From Candidatus Helarchaeota ASGARD archaeon Hel_GB_B (GTDB taxonomy: Archaea > Asgardarchaeota > Lokiarchaeia > Helarchaeales > HEL-GB-B): a stretch of DNA of 64,000 nucleotides. Positions 10,768 through 19,712 of this stretch are shown one piece after another; position 1 is the stretch's first letter; every line of letters starts with the position of its first letter. The DNA lies in assembly GCA_005191425.1 (NCBI GenBank), contig SUPR01000002.1:2453-66452 (forward strand), given 5' to 3'. The position numbers were made by a program, and so were the translations under genes. A model generated the notes under the pieces. That model was not told the origin of the DNA and made no database searches. It saw nothing but the letters and a program-made list of their open reading frames with translations.

Positions 10768-10907
10768 TGGGCTCGCTGGGACTTGAACCCAGGAGCTCCC
10801 GCGTTCCGTACATTTAACCGATATAAAATACCCCGGGCGGGAATCATAATCCATTCTAGCTTATATAGAATTAATCTATATTATGAAAGGTGCTAGACCA
10901 CGAGCCC
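10768..10907 (-). tRNA. Intron-containing tRNA (~140 nt); it has a canonical acceptor stem and T-arm, and apparently two introns (D-loop and anticodon region); the isotype is unresolved
   Basis: On the minus strand the 5' end GGGCTCG pairs with the 3' CGAGCCC plus discriminator A. The T-arm is CTGGG-TTCAAGT-CCCAG. About 66 nt are extra relative to a 74-nt tRNA. The anticodon stem CCCGC/GCGGG encloses 33 nt. Confidence 0.55.
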
Positions 10908-11066
10908 AAGTTTAGATTTTATCGTAGACTAATTTATTTAATCTGGTGATAAAAATTAAATTACCAGTTTTTAAAAATTTAATGTTTATAAAATCATCAT
11001 AGAGATAAAAGATATATTTAAACTTGGTTTTTTTAACCGATTTAAAATATTTCCGGATGGTATAAA

Positions 11067-11750
11067 ATGAAAAAAAATCTCGTAATTTCAATGGGCGGGT
11101 CCCTAATTTTTGGCGCTAAAAAAGATACCAATTTCATTATGGGAGTTAGGGATATTTTGATTAAATATAAAGAGGACTATAATTTTGCAATTGTCTGTGG
11201 TGGAGGTAAAACAGCCAGAGAATATTCTTCTTTTGCAAAAGAGTTAGGACTCTCAGAGAAAGCCCAAGATTTGTTGGGCATTGATGCGACTAGGCTTAAC
11301 GCTAAATTATTGTTGTTTGTATTAAATAATTTGACAACAGGAAAAATATATACAAGTATTAGTGAATTGGTAAGAGATTTTGGAAGTAAAATAACTTTAT
11401 GTGGGGGAATGGTGCCTGGACAGAGGACAGATAAAGTAGCTGCTTTAATAGCCAAAGAATTGAAAATAAAGACCTTGATCAATTTAACAAATGTAGACGG
11501 CGTTTATGATAAAGATCCTAATAAATATCCAGATGCTAAATTAATTCCTATTTTAGATTATAAAAAGTTTTATCAAATTGCAAATTTAAAAAAACACGTC
11601 CCATCATATCATTTTGTATTTGACTTTGACGCAAGTGAAATTTGTCATAAAGAAAGTATTAAAGTCGTAATAATAAATGGACAGAATTTGATGAATTTAG
11701 ACAAATTTTTGAATAATGCAGAGTTTATTGGGTCAATAATAGAGTTTTAA
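11067..11750 (+). CDS. pyrH: Archaeal UMP kinase
   Basis: Amino-acid-kinase fold. ISMGGS, VCGGGKTAREY and TNVDGVYDKDPNKYPDAKLI parallel archaeal PyrH. Length ~227 aa. Confidence 0.75.
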   Translation: MKKNLVISMGGSLIFGAKKDTNFIMGVRDILIKYKEDYNFAIVCGGGKTAREYSSFAKELGLSEKAQDLLGIDATRLNAKLLLFVLNNLTTGKIYTSISELVRDFGSKITLCGGMVPGQRTDKVAALIAKELKIKTLINLTNVDGVYDKDPNKYPDAKLIPILDYKKFYQIANLKKHVPSYHFVFDFDASEICHKESIKVVIINGQNLMNLDKFLNNAEFIGSIIEF

Positions 11751-11829
11751 TTTTTATATAAATGGAAATTTTATTCTAATTTTTAATAATTGTATAAAAA
11801 TAAAAAATTAATAAAAGAAAATAAATATT

Positions 11830-12255
11830 TTATTCTATTTCCTTTAATTCTGACTCGCCCCATTCTTTTATTTTATCGCCTGAAATCAATTGGTCGAGTT
11901 CAGCCTTCAAGTCGCCAGTTGGCTTTAAAATGGCGACCCAGCCTTTTCCATATGGGTCTTCATTTAGAAATGCAGTATTTCTTTTATCAACATCGGGGTT
12001 TAATTCTATAATTTCACCAGTAATTGGAGCAGTGATTGGAATTACACCTTTTCCTGCTTCAGCAGTGCCCAAACTTTTACCAGCAGGAATTTCTCGACCT
12101 AATTTTTTTAGTTTTACAAAAACAATTTTTCCAGCTATCGCAAGTCCTATTTGATCAATTCCGACTTTTACATTATCACCTTCTAATTTAGCCCAAACAT
12201 GTTTTTTATGATAATATAAATCGTCAGGTAGTTCATAGTCTCCAACTTTTACCAT
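11830..12255 (-). CDS. gcvH: Glycine cleavage system H protein (lipoyl carrier)
   Basis: ~140 aa. The lipoyl-lysine context (AEAGKGV...PITGEI) aligns with GcvH ESVKA...PVSGEV. Confidence 0.65.
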   Translation of the reverse strand: MVKVGDYELPDDLYYHKKHVWAKLEGDNVKVGIDQIGLAIAGKIVFVKLKKLGREIPAGKSLGTAEAGKGVIPITAPITGEIIELNPDVDKRNTAFLNEDPYGKGWVAILKPTGDLKAELDQLISGDKIKEWGESELKEIE

Positions 12256-12410
12256 AATTATGCCTCATTGAACAATTAATATTAAATTAAGACAAACTAT
12301 AAGTAATAATTTTTAAATCAGTAATTAAATCTTTTTATTTTTAATACTCAAATGCTCTATAAATATAAATTAGAAAATCTTGAAGGAATTGTCTTGAAAA
12401 TTTATTGTAT

Positions 12411-13688
12411 TTACCTATATTTTCCATATTTTTTTACGGCTTTAAGCATTGCAAAAAGATTTTCAATTTTAACGCCGTCATGGATCATATTATCAGAGCC
12501 GGCAATATATCCACCATTAACTTTGCCAATAGAAACTTTGTATTTGGTCTCACTATAAATCTTATTTGCATTTGCTTGTTCAAGTCTTTTTGAAGATATT
12601 CCACCAATAAGACAAATTTTGTCGCCGAATTTTTCTTTAATTTCCTTGAAATTATTCACATCTGCTTGAATTGATTGAAGCCCATCAAATCCGAGAGAAA
12701 TGAGGTCATGGATAATTGAGTCTAATTTGCCGTCAGTGTGTAAAAATATTCGCATACCGCGTCTATGGGCATGGTCTATAACTTTTTTATAGTGCGGAAA
12801 CAAGAATTTTCTGTAATATTTTGGATTAACAAATGGCCCTTCATCGTATACTAAGTCATCTAACAGCCCAATTATTTTAGCTCCAATTTCTGAAAATCTA
12901 TCAATTACTTCAATGAAAAATTTCTCTAATTTGTTCCATAAATCTAGTATAGGCCCGGATTTTTTTCTAAATTCGGATGATATCTGGTAATAGAATTTTG
13001 AAAGGTAAGGCACTCCATACAAACTATCCCAAATTTCCCAAAATCCAAGGCATGTCAATGGTTTACATATATTTATCCATTTAATTTTTTGATATGATTT
13101 AATACTGAACTCCCAATCGAAATTATTGACATCGATTATATTTAAAATATTTTTTAATTGCTTATAACTAATACTTTCGTCTTTATTTGGGGGAAATGCA
13201 ATTGAACGCCATCTTATATTTGCCGTTTTTGGGTCAATATCTACAGACATTCCGGACTCTAAGACCATTAGTCCATCTTTTTTTCCAATTATTTTCGTAG
13301 AAGGAAACACAGGGAATCCAATACCATCATACTGAGTTAATAATTTAATTGGAAGATAATACATCAGCAATTTTTGATAATTTTGCTTCCAATTGACGGG
13401 AATAGAAAATAGGAACCTTGCAGCTGGTTTCATCATAAGTGGTTTTCTAAATAAAGACCTATAATTACTACCCATACCCAGGTTCTCGCGGACTACATCA
13501 ATGTATTCATAATAATAACCAGAATTCTTGATTATTTTTTTCAATTTTCTTGGAATATTTTTCCAAAAAATGAGTAATTTTAAAAGAGGGTGAGGATTAA
13601 TTCCTAACTCAAAAAGCGGGACTCTATCAGGTTCTTCCAAATCAAATGCCCTTAGCAAACGCTCTTCTGAGTCCATTTTTATTCTCAT
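12411..13688 (-). CDS. Uroporphyrinogen decarboxylase (URO-D)-like / MtaA-CmuA family methyltransferase-like protein
   Basis: ~425 aa with a DRVP N-terminal motif and a URO-D fold-like pattern. The function is not resolvable from sequence alone. Confidence 0.45.
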   Translation of the reverse strand: MRIKMDSEERLLRAFDLEEPDRVPLFELGINPHPLLKLLIFWKNIPRKLKKIIKNSGYYYEYIDVVRENLGMGSNYRSLFRKPLMMKPAARFLFSIPVNWKQNYQKLLMYYLPIKLLTQYDGIGFPVFPSTKIIGKKDGLMVLESGMSVDIDPKTANIRWRSIAFPPNKDESISYKQLKNILNIIDVNNFDWEFSIKSYQKIKWINICKPLTCLGFWEIWDSLYGVPYLSKFYYQISSEFRKKSGPILDLWNKLEKFFIEVIDRFSEIGAKIIGLLDDLVYDEGPFVNPKYYRKFLFPHYKKVIDHAHRRGMRIFLHTDGKLDSIIHDLISLGFDGLQSIQADVNNFKEIKEKFGDKICLIGGISSKRLEQANANKIYSETKYKVSIGKVNGGYIAGSDNMIHDGVKIENLFAMLKAVKKYGKYR

Positions 13689-13770
13689 TTTAGGTTTTTA
13701 AATGGTTTAGATGAATTTTAAATATTTTGTTTGTGAATCCTTTAATTAGTTAGTATAATGTGAATTTAAA

Positions 13771-14211
13771 TTGGTCGATTATTTATTAATAAATTGGCGG
13801 AAATATTTGAATTTGTGTAAAAAATTGAGTAATAAAATTACCGACAAATTTGATAACTTGTTAATAATAGGGACGGGAGGTTGGATAGTAGGAAAAATTA
13901 TAAATAAAAACTCGAATTTACCTATTTTTACAATGATTTGTAAATCTTATAGAAATAAAAAACAGGGAAAAATCGTAATAAGTAAGGTTATACCCGACCA
14001 AAAATTGTCAGGGATAATATTAATAGTCGACGACCTGATAGATTCGGGAAGTACATTGATAACGATAAAAAAACATTTAATAGAAAATTTTAGGGACATT
14101 ACTGATATAAAAATTGCGGTATTAATTAAAAAATCAAAAAGTAAAATTATCCCAGACTATTACGTATTAGAAACAGACAAATGGGTAGTTTTTCCTTATG
14201 AATCTAATTAA
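13771..14211 (+). CDS. Phosphoribosyltransferase-domain protein (purine PRTase-like)
   Basis: Contains the PRPP-binding motif IILIVDDLIDSGSTL. Confidence 0.55.
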   Translation: MVDYLLINWRKYLNLCKKLSNKITDKFDNLLIIGTGGWIVGKIINKNSNLPIFTMICKSYRNKKQGKIVISKVIPDQKLSGIILIVDDLIDSGSTLITIKKHLIENFRDITDIKIAVLIKKSKSKIIPDYYVLETDKWVVFPYESN

Positions 14212-14230
14212 TTTGGAATAAAGACCTTAG

Positions 14231-15184
14231 ATGATTGAATGTATAATAGATTGTGACCCGGGAATAGACGATGCACTAGCATTAATTTTTGCGTCAAAAT
14301 TACGTACTCTTAAAATTAAGGCTATAACAACCGTTTTTGGAAATTCAACGGTTGAAAATACCTCGTTAAATGCATTAAAAATTTTGGACTTGATACAACG
14401 CACGGATATAAGGGTATATAGGGGGTCAGCCAGTCCAATTATAAAGAATTATAGGTTTCCGGCTTATAACTATTTAGATGACGAGATTAATCCCCATGGT
14501 GCCAACGGACTTGCTAATATTGTTTTACCTCAGCCAACGCAAAAGCTATCTGAATCGAACGCAATAGATTTGATAATCAACACAATTTTAGAAAATCCAA
14601 AAAGAATTTCGATTATTGCAATAGGTCCGCTTACAAACATAGCAATTGCCCTTTTAAAAAGTCCAGAAATTGCTCAATCTATAAAAGAAATTATAATAAT
14701 GGGAGGCGCAATTAAAGTCCAAGGAAATATAAATAAATTTAGTGAATTTAATATATGGTCGGACGCTGAAGCTGCAAAAATAGTATTTAACATGATGAGT
14801 GATAAAATAATTCTAGTACCATTAGATGTTACGCGTCAAATAATATTTAAGAACGTAGAAATATTCAATAAAAATAACCTATATAACAAATTCTTATATA
14901 ATATTTTAAATTTCTATAGCACCTTTCATTTAAACAATTGTGGATTTTTTGGCTCCATTTTACACGACCCATTTGCCGTAGGAGTTGCAGAAAACCGTGA
15001 TTATTGTGATATAAGAGAAATACCATTAGATGTAGAAATAGAAGATCGGAACAAATATGGAAAAGTTTTTATTAATCTTGAAAAAGATAAAGAAAACAAA
15101 AAAATAAAGACTTGTCTAAACATTAGTTTAAAAAATATTGAAAAATTTTTGAATTATTTTGAAAAAAAACTATTAAATTTTTGA
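14231..15184 (+). CDS. Inosine-uridine preferring nucleoside hydrolase family
   Basis: N-terminal DCDPGIDDA aspartate-cluster signature. Length ~317 aa. Confidence 0.8.
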   Translation: MIECIIDCDPGIDDALALIFASKLRTLKIKAITTVFGNSTVENTSLNALKILDLIQRTDIRVYRGSASPIIKNYRFPAYNYLDDEINPHGANGLANIVLPQPTQKLSESNAIDLIINTILENPKRISIIAIGPLTNIAIALLKSPEIAQSIKEIIIMGGAIKVQGNINKFSEFNIWSDAEAAKIVFNMMSDKIILVPLDVTRQIIFKNVEIFNKNNLYNKFLYNILNFYSTFHLNNCGFFGSILHDPFAVGVAENRDYCDIREIPLDVEIEDRNKYGKVFINLEKDKENKKIKTCLNISLKNIEKFLNYFEKKLLNF

Positions 15185-15207
15185 ATCAATTAGAAAGTTA
15201 TTTGTTA

Positions 15208-16491
15208 TTATTTATCTATTAATTTGTTTATTTTATTAATGATATCTGAACCAGTTAAAACACCTTTAGGAGGTTCTAAAACCTTATCAATAATAGTTAT
15301 TACACCATCTAATCGTATAAATGTCCTTGAACACTCAACACCAGGCATACTCATTGGTAGAATAACTTGGGCTAAATCGGATGTAAGTGTCTTATGGTGG
15401 TCAATAACGACCATAGGGATTTTTGCCATCTTTTTTACTAATCTAAAGGGTAATCTAGACATTGGGTCAGCATTTACAATTAATGCAGCGTCGATACTAT
15501 TTTCTTTTAATAACTTAGCCAGACTGAATTCATTATCATTGAAACTGGTTTTGTTGTCCTTAAAACTTACTGCAAATGGATAACGGGTCATAGATCGCAT
15601 TATAAAATCGCAACCAAAAGTATTTGCATCACTTGTTGTGGGCATAAGTATTATTCCCATTTTTTTGGCTAATTGAGCTATTAAATCAAGTGATTCAAAT
15701 TCATCGCCACCTGCTGTGAATCCGGGGCCAATAAAGATTATTTTATGTTTGGAACCATTTAATAGTTCGTAAAAATCTTTAACACTTTTTAAAGGAAGGC
15801 CTGCAATTTTTTCATCTGTAAGACGCTCTCCGTCATGTAATTTTATTAGTGCTTTTAATAGTTCCTTGTCTTTTTGTGGCTCAACATAATACGAAATGTC
15901 AGAAATTTTTTCAGTAGGAGTTGGTCTTATGTCTATACAAACTACAGTTCGGGATTCTTTTCCACTTTGTATAATTCCAGACCTAGGGAAAACAACATAT
16001 TTACTTGCTAACCTTAAGTGTAAATCAGATACATTACTTCCCCAAAATACAATTAAATCGACATAATCCTTGACTTTTTCCAACTTCATCATTTTTAATT
16101 TGTATTCCTTCCGCTTTTTATTGAATATACCTAAACACACAGATTGTTGGGTGTCAATGTATGCATTCAGTTTTTTGGCTAAGATGACCCCTTCGAACAT
16201 TTCTTCACAACCACTATTGGTAAAACCGTAAATTATGGGGTTTTTCGCGTTTAAAAGAATTTCTGCAGATTTTTTTAGAGCATCATCTAAATTTGCTGGT
16301 TCTAAACTGCCATTTTTCTTAATAAATGGGGTTTTTATTCTATTTGGAGTGTCAGTATTTTTATAGTTAATATCAGCCCGTCCGCAGCAATTAAAGGTAT
16401 CAGTTATTTTATTGTTTTCGATATTGAATTCAACATCATTACAAAGTAAAGAACAACCACCACAAATAAACCTAACTTTTTTATCAACCAT
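15208..16491 (-). CDS. fwdB: Formylmethanofuran dehydrogenase subunit B (molybdopterin oxidoreductase fold)
   Basis: N-terminal CxxCxxxC (ICGGCSLLCND). Segments IVFWGSNV, VVCIDIRPT and IPMVVIDHHKT parallel FwdB/FmdB. Adjacent to fwdD. Confidence 0.65.
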   Translation of the reverse strand: MVDKKVRFICGGCSLLCNDVEFNIENNKITDTFNCCGRADINYKNTDTPNRIKTPFIKKNGSLEPANLDDALKKSAEILLNAKNPIIYGFTNSGCEEMFEGVILAKKLNAYIDTQQSVCLGIFNKKRKEYKLKMMKLEKVKDYVDLIVFWGSNVSDLHLRLASKYVVFPRSGIIQSGKESRTVVCIDIRPTPTEKISDISYYVEPQKDKELLKALIKLHDGERLTDEKIAGLPLKSVKDFYELLNGSKHKIIFIGPGFTAGGDEFESLDLIAQLAKKMGIILMPTTSDANTFGCDFIMRSMTRYPFAVSFKDNKTSFNDNEFSLAKLLKENSIDAALIVNADPMSRLPFRLVKKMAKIPMVVIDHHKTLTSDLAQVILPMSMPGVECSRTFIRLDGVITIIDKVLEPPKGVLTGSDIINKINKLIDK

Positions 16492-16505
16492 TTTTTTAAC
16501 TTCCC

Positions 16506-16997
16506 TTATTCACCTTTAACAAAACCAACAATTCTAATAGCATCTCCAAAACAATAAGTTTCACAGACCCTACATGCTAAGATAGGGGGTTCAAACCGCC
16601 TGCATTTTTGTTGATTTATTACTTCAGCTTTTCCATTCTTAATTTTGAAAACAAGGTCTGTAAATTCCTTGTGAGGACCATCGCCCACTTTACATTCATC
16701 ACACAAACGAGCATTAGGTGGACAAGCAACAAGGCAATTTCCACATCCTGTACATTTGTCTGGGTCAAGTAGAATACCACCTTCACCTTCAACTTCCTCA
16801 TCTGGAAAGAGCTCTTGTAATTTTTTTAAATTTGCAGCATATTTTGGTTCTTCAAATAAAGGCGTGCATTTATCAAGCTTGACTTTTGCTCCGACCAGTT
16901 TTATTGCAAAACCCATACAATTTGGCTCACCACATTTTTTACAATTAGTTTTTGGTAATAACTTATAAGCTTCCATAACCGAGGGTTTCTTGGACAT
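16506..16997 (-). CDS. Iron-sulfur protein: N-terminal CFeSP(AcsC)-type [4Fe-4S] domain plus a ferredoxin-type cluster; encoded between fwdD and fwdB
   Basis: LPKTNCKKCGEPNCMGFA resembles the AcsC/CdhE N-terminal cluster motif. CTGCGNCLVACP is a classic 4Fe-4S ferredoxin motif. Confidence 0.5.
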   Translation of the reverse strand: MSKKPSVMEAYKLLPKTNCKKCGEPNCMGFAIKLVGAKVKLDKCTPLFEEPKYAANLKKLQELFPDEEVEGEGGILLDPDKCTGCGNCLVACPPNARLCDECKVGDGPHKEFTDLVFKIKNGKAEVINQQKCRRFEPPILACRVCETYCFGDAIRIVGFVKGE

Positions 16998-17019
16998 TTT
17001 TAATCATAACCTCATTTTA

Positions 17020-17427
17020 TCATTTTAAAAAAAGTTCTTTTATTTCTTCATATGATTTTATTTTTTCGTCCGTACTTTCAATAAATCCTTTAAAATTTTT
17101 GAATTTAATATGGTCGTCGTTTTTAAACTCATCGGATAATATTTGAGATGCCCATATACCTATTGGGACGAATACTATTCCTTTTAAAGCATATGGTGTC
17201 TTTAAAGCCTTTAGGACTACACTCCCCCACTTGGTAGAGATTTTTACATTTGTTCCTTCTTTTATACCTAATTCATTGATGTCGTCCTCTGATAATAAAC
17301 ATATCGCAGCATTGTTGAAATATTCCTCTGAATTTTTTCCTATAAAGTCTGAGATTTCTTCCTCAAATGTCCGCACTACAGATACTATAATTTCTATCTT
17401 GGGGACTAAAAATTTGTAAAAACTCAT
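17020..17427 (-). CDS. fwdD: Formylmethanofuran dehydrogenase subunit D (molybdopterin dinucleotide-binding domain)
   Basis: ~135 aa MopB C-terminal-like domain. Operon context with fwdB. Confidence 0.55.
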   Translation of the reverse strand: MSFYKFLVPKIEIIVSVVRTFEEEISDFIGKNSEEYFNNAAICLLSEDDINELGIKEGTNVKISTKWGSVVLKALKTPYALKGIVFVPIGIWASQILSDEFKNDDHIKFKNFKGFIESTDEKIKSYEEIKELFLK

Positions 17428-17589
17428 ATTAAAAAAAAATTGAAGATATCAATAAGAATTTTTAGGCGAGAATATTACATTTTTTTTAAGTAATAATCAT
17501 AATTCTAATGTAAAAAAAATTATTGAAAATTATTATTCAAAACAATTTTAATTATTATCCAAAAAATAAAAAGGTAAATTATTACTAAA

Positions 17590-18201
17590 TTATTCTTTAA
17601 TAAATCGAAAACCGTTTTTATCGACAATAGCAATTTGCATGGCACCACCTGAAGCAGAATCACGTCTTCTTGCACTTTCTATTGCATTTTTAGCGAGTTT
17701 TATACCTTCTTCAGGGGTCAAGTCTTTTCTCCAATCGTTCTCTAATACACCAATTGCCATAACGCTACCCGAACCAACACTGATAAAATCCTTTTCTTTA
17801 ATTATAGAGCCAAAAAAGTCCATACTATAAATTTGAGGACCTTTTTCATCAAAACCACCAATAATTAACATTGAATAATAGGGGGAAGACCTATTTTGAA
17901 ACATTAATGTGGACAATAAAGAAACCGCACTATTCACGGAAACTCTTTTGTCAAACTCAAGTTCTTGCAACCTTAAGTGAGCTTGTAATAACCTGACTAG
18001 CGCTTGACAATCTGCAACTCCGCCAGAAATGGTGATGCCTATGTTGTCCATAAGTTTAAATAATTTATCAGCTTTCTTTGTTGCAACATAATATTCAGCA
18101 GTTGCTTGGGATTCAGTTGCTAATATTACTCCATCTTTAATAATGAAACCAATTGTTGTAGTTCCAGTCCGTAATGTTGGGATATTTAAATTATTGTTCA
18201 T
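17590..18201 (-). CDS. psmB: Proteasome subunit beta
   Basis: Propeptide followed by TTTIGFIIKDGVILATE (Thr1 N-terminal nucleophile hydrolase). Confidence 0.9.
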   Translation of the reverse strand: MNNNLNIPTLRTGTTTIGFIIKDGVILATESQATAEYYVATKKADKLFKLMDNIGITISGGVADCQALVRLLQAHLRLQELEFDKRVSVNSAVSLLSTLMFQNRSSPYYSMLIIGGFDEKGPQIYSMDFFGSIIKEKDFISVGSGSVMAIGVLENDWRKDLTPEEGIKLAKNAIESARRRDSASGGAMQIAIVDKNGFRFIKE

Positions 18202-18336
18202 TAGACCACCAAATTGTTTAAAGGGGCTGTTATAAAGTTAGTTAGAAAATACTATTTTTAAAGTTTGTTGAACTACTTTTATTAATATAAATTATCAAAT
18301 TAATTAAAGTCGACCTTATTAAAATTGGTGAAATAA

Positions 18337-18774
18337 ATGCTGAACAGAAGAAAATACCCAAGATATCCTATTTTAGGTGTTGGGACTATAATCTTAAGAA
18401 ATAATTCAGAAGTCTTAATAATTCAAAGGGCATCTGAACCTGATAAGGGAAAATGGTCAATTCCAGGAGGCTTGGTAGAATACAATGAAAAGCCTGAATA
18501 TGCAGCAAAACGTGAAGCACTTGAAGAAACTAATTTGGATGTTGAAATTGGATCCTTGATAGATGTTGTCAATAAGATCATCTTAGACGAAAATAAAAAG
18601 ATCAAATACCACTTTATAATTTTAGATTATTTAGCCAATTCATATAAAGGTACAGCACGAGCTTCAGATGATGCTAAACAACTTATATGGTGTAAATTTG
18701 AAGATTTACCGTCATATTCCTACCCAGATACAATAGTAGAATTATTTAAAAAGGTTAAAATTTGGCCGCTATAG
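18337..18774 (+). CDS. NUDIX hydrolase
   Basis: Contains the Nudix box GGLVEYNEKPEYAAKREALEETNL. Confidence 0.8.
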   Translation: MLNRRKYPRYPILGVGTIILRNNSEVLIIQRASEPDKGKWSIPGGLVEYNEKPEYAAKREALEETNLDVEIGSLIDVVNKIILDENKKIKYHFIILDYLANSYKGTARASDDAKQLIWCKFEDLPSYSYPDTIVELFKKVKIWPL

Positions 18775-18850
18775 GCATATAAAAATAAAAAAATTAACAA
18801 ATATGACAAAAAATTAAAACTATAATAGCTTAGCACCCTCGATAGAAATT

Positions 18851-18991
18851 CTATCGGGCTTTTATTTTCTTGACTACAGGCGGCCTTATTTTATAAAGAA
18901 TTCTATAACCACATTGGGGACATTTTATTCCTGGGAGTGAATTCATGTCCATTGCATTAATTTCTTTCTTACATTCACCGCACTCATACAT
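18851..18991 (-). CDS. rpoP: DNA-directed RNA polymerase subunit P (Rpb12/RpoP); not in the supplied ORF track because it is only 46 aa
   Basis: Minus-strand translation gives MYECGECKKEINAMDMNSLPGIKCPQCGYRILYKIRPPVVKKIKAR. The CxxC...CxxCGYRI zinc ribbon is typical of RpoP. Confidence 0.75.
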   Translation of the reverse strand: MYECGECKKEINAMDMNSLPGIKCPQCGYRILYKIRPPVVKKIKAR

Positions 18992-19091
18992 TTTAGTCTA
19001 ACCTCAAATAAGAAAGGTATAGCTTATGAAAATACTCCTTTCTTTTAAACTTTTAGGAATTATTAACAAGATTAACAAGATTTGTTGAAAT

Positions 19092-19388
19092 TTATTGAAC
19101 AATAATATTTTTTCTATCATAACCTATTTTCAAAAGAACAGACTTAGCTTTTGACCTTTGGTCACCCTGTAATTCAATTGCATCACCTTTAACGGTGCCA
19201 CCACATGCGCATTTAGATTTTAATTTATTTGTTAAATTATTTAAATCGGTATCTTGATCCAACCCTTCAATGATTGTGACTTTTTTACCATAACGCCGTT
19301 TTACCATCCGAATTTTGATTACAGAGTCTTCTTTGTATAATGTTTGACATATACAGATTTCTTTTGGTAATGAACACTTCGGACAAAT
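19092..19388 (-). CDS. sui1: Translation initiation factor aSUI1 (eIF1 homolog); the conserved N-terminal Zn-ribbon is encoded upstream of the track ORF but has no canonical start codon
   Basis: Residues RRYGKKVTIIEGLD...CACGGTVKGDAIELQGDQR are typical of SUI1. In frame upstream: DLEKSGICPKCSLPKEICICQ, matching archaeal SUI1 (M.EICP.CGLPKELC.CE). The only in-frame candidates are ATA (19407-19409) or ATT (19386-19388). Confidence 0.75.
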   Translation of the reverse strand: MCPKCSLPKEICICQTLYKEDSVIKIRMVKRRYGKKVTIIEGLDQDTDLNNLTNKLKSKCACGGTVKGDAIELQGDQRSKAKSVLLKIGYDRKNIIVQ

Positions 19389-19712
19389 TCCACTTTTTTC
19401 TAAATCTATACAATCACCATTTTAAATTAAGATTATTAAATTAAAAATTGTTTTGAGATTATTTTTTAATTACATATTAATTTATATTATTAATAATTTT
19501 AAATCTTTTTACTATTTTTATACATTCAGCTTCAATGTAAATATTGGAAATTTAGAACTTTATCGGTATAAAAGGGATTAATTATTAAAAAAAATATGTT
19601 TAACCCAACATATAGTAGAATTTGTTTTTTATTTTATTCAATTATTTTAATCTCAGTCAATTTAAGACTGTAAAATGATTAAAAGATATTATAAAGGATT
19701 AAACTATTAAAA

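Noticed and set aside
12352-12593. Small plus-strand ORFs at the end of the URO-D-like gene
   Set aside because: They overlap the 425-aa minus-strand CDS. No motifs.
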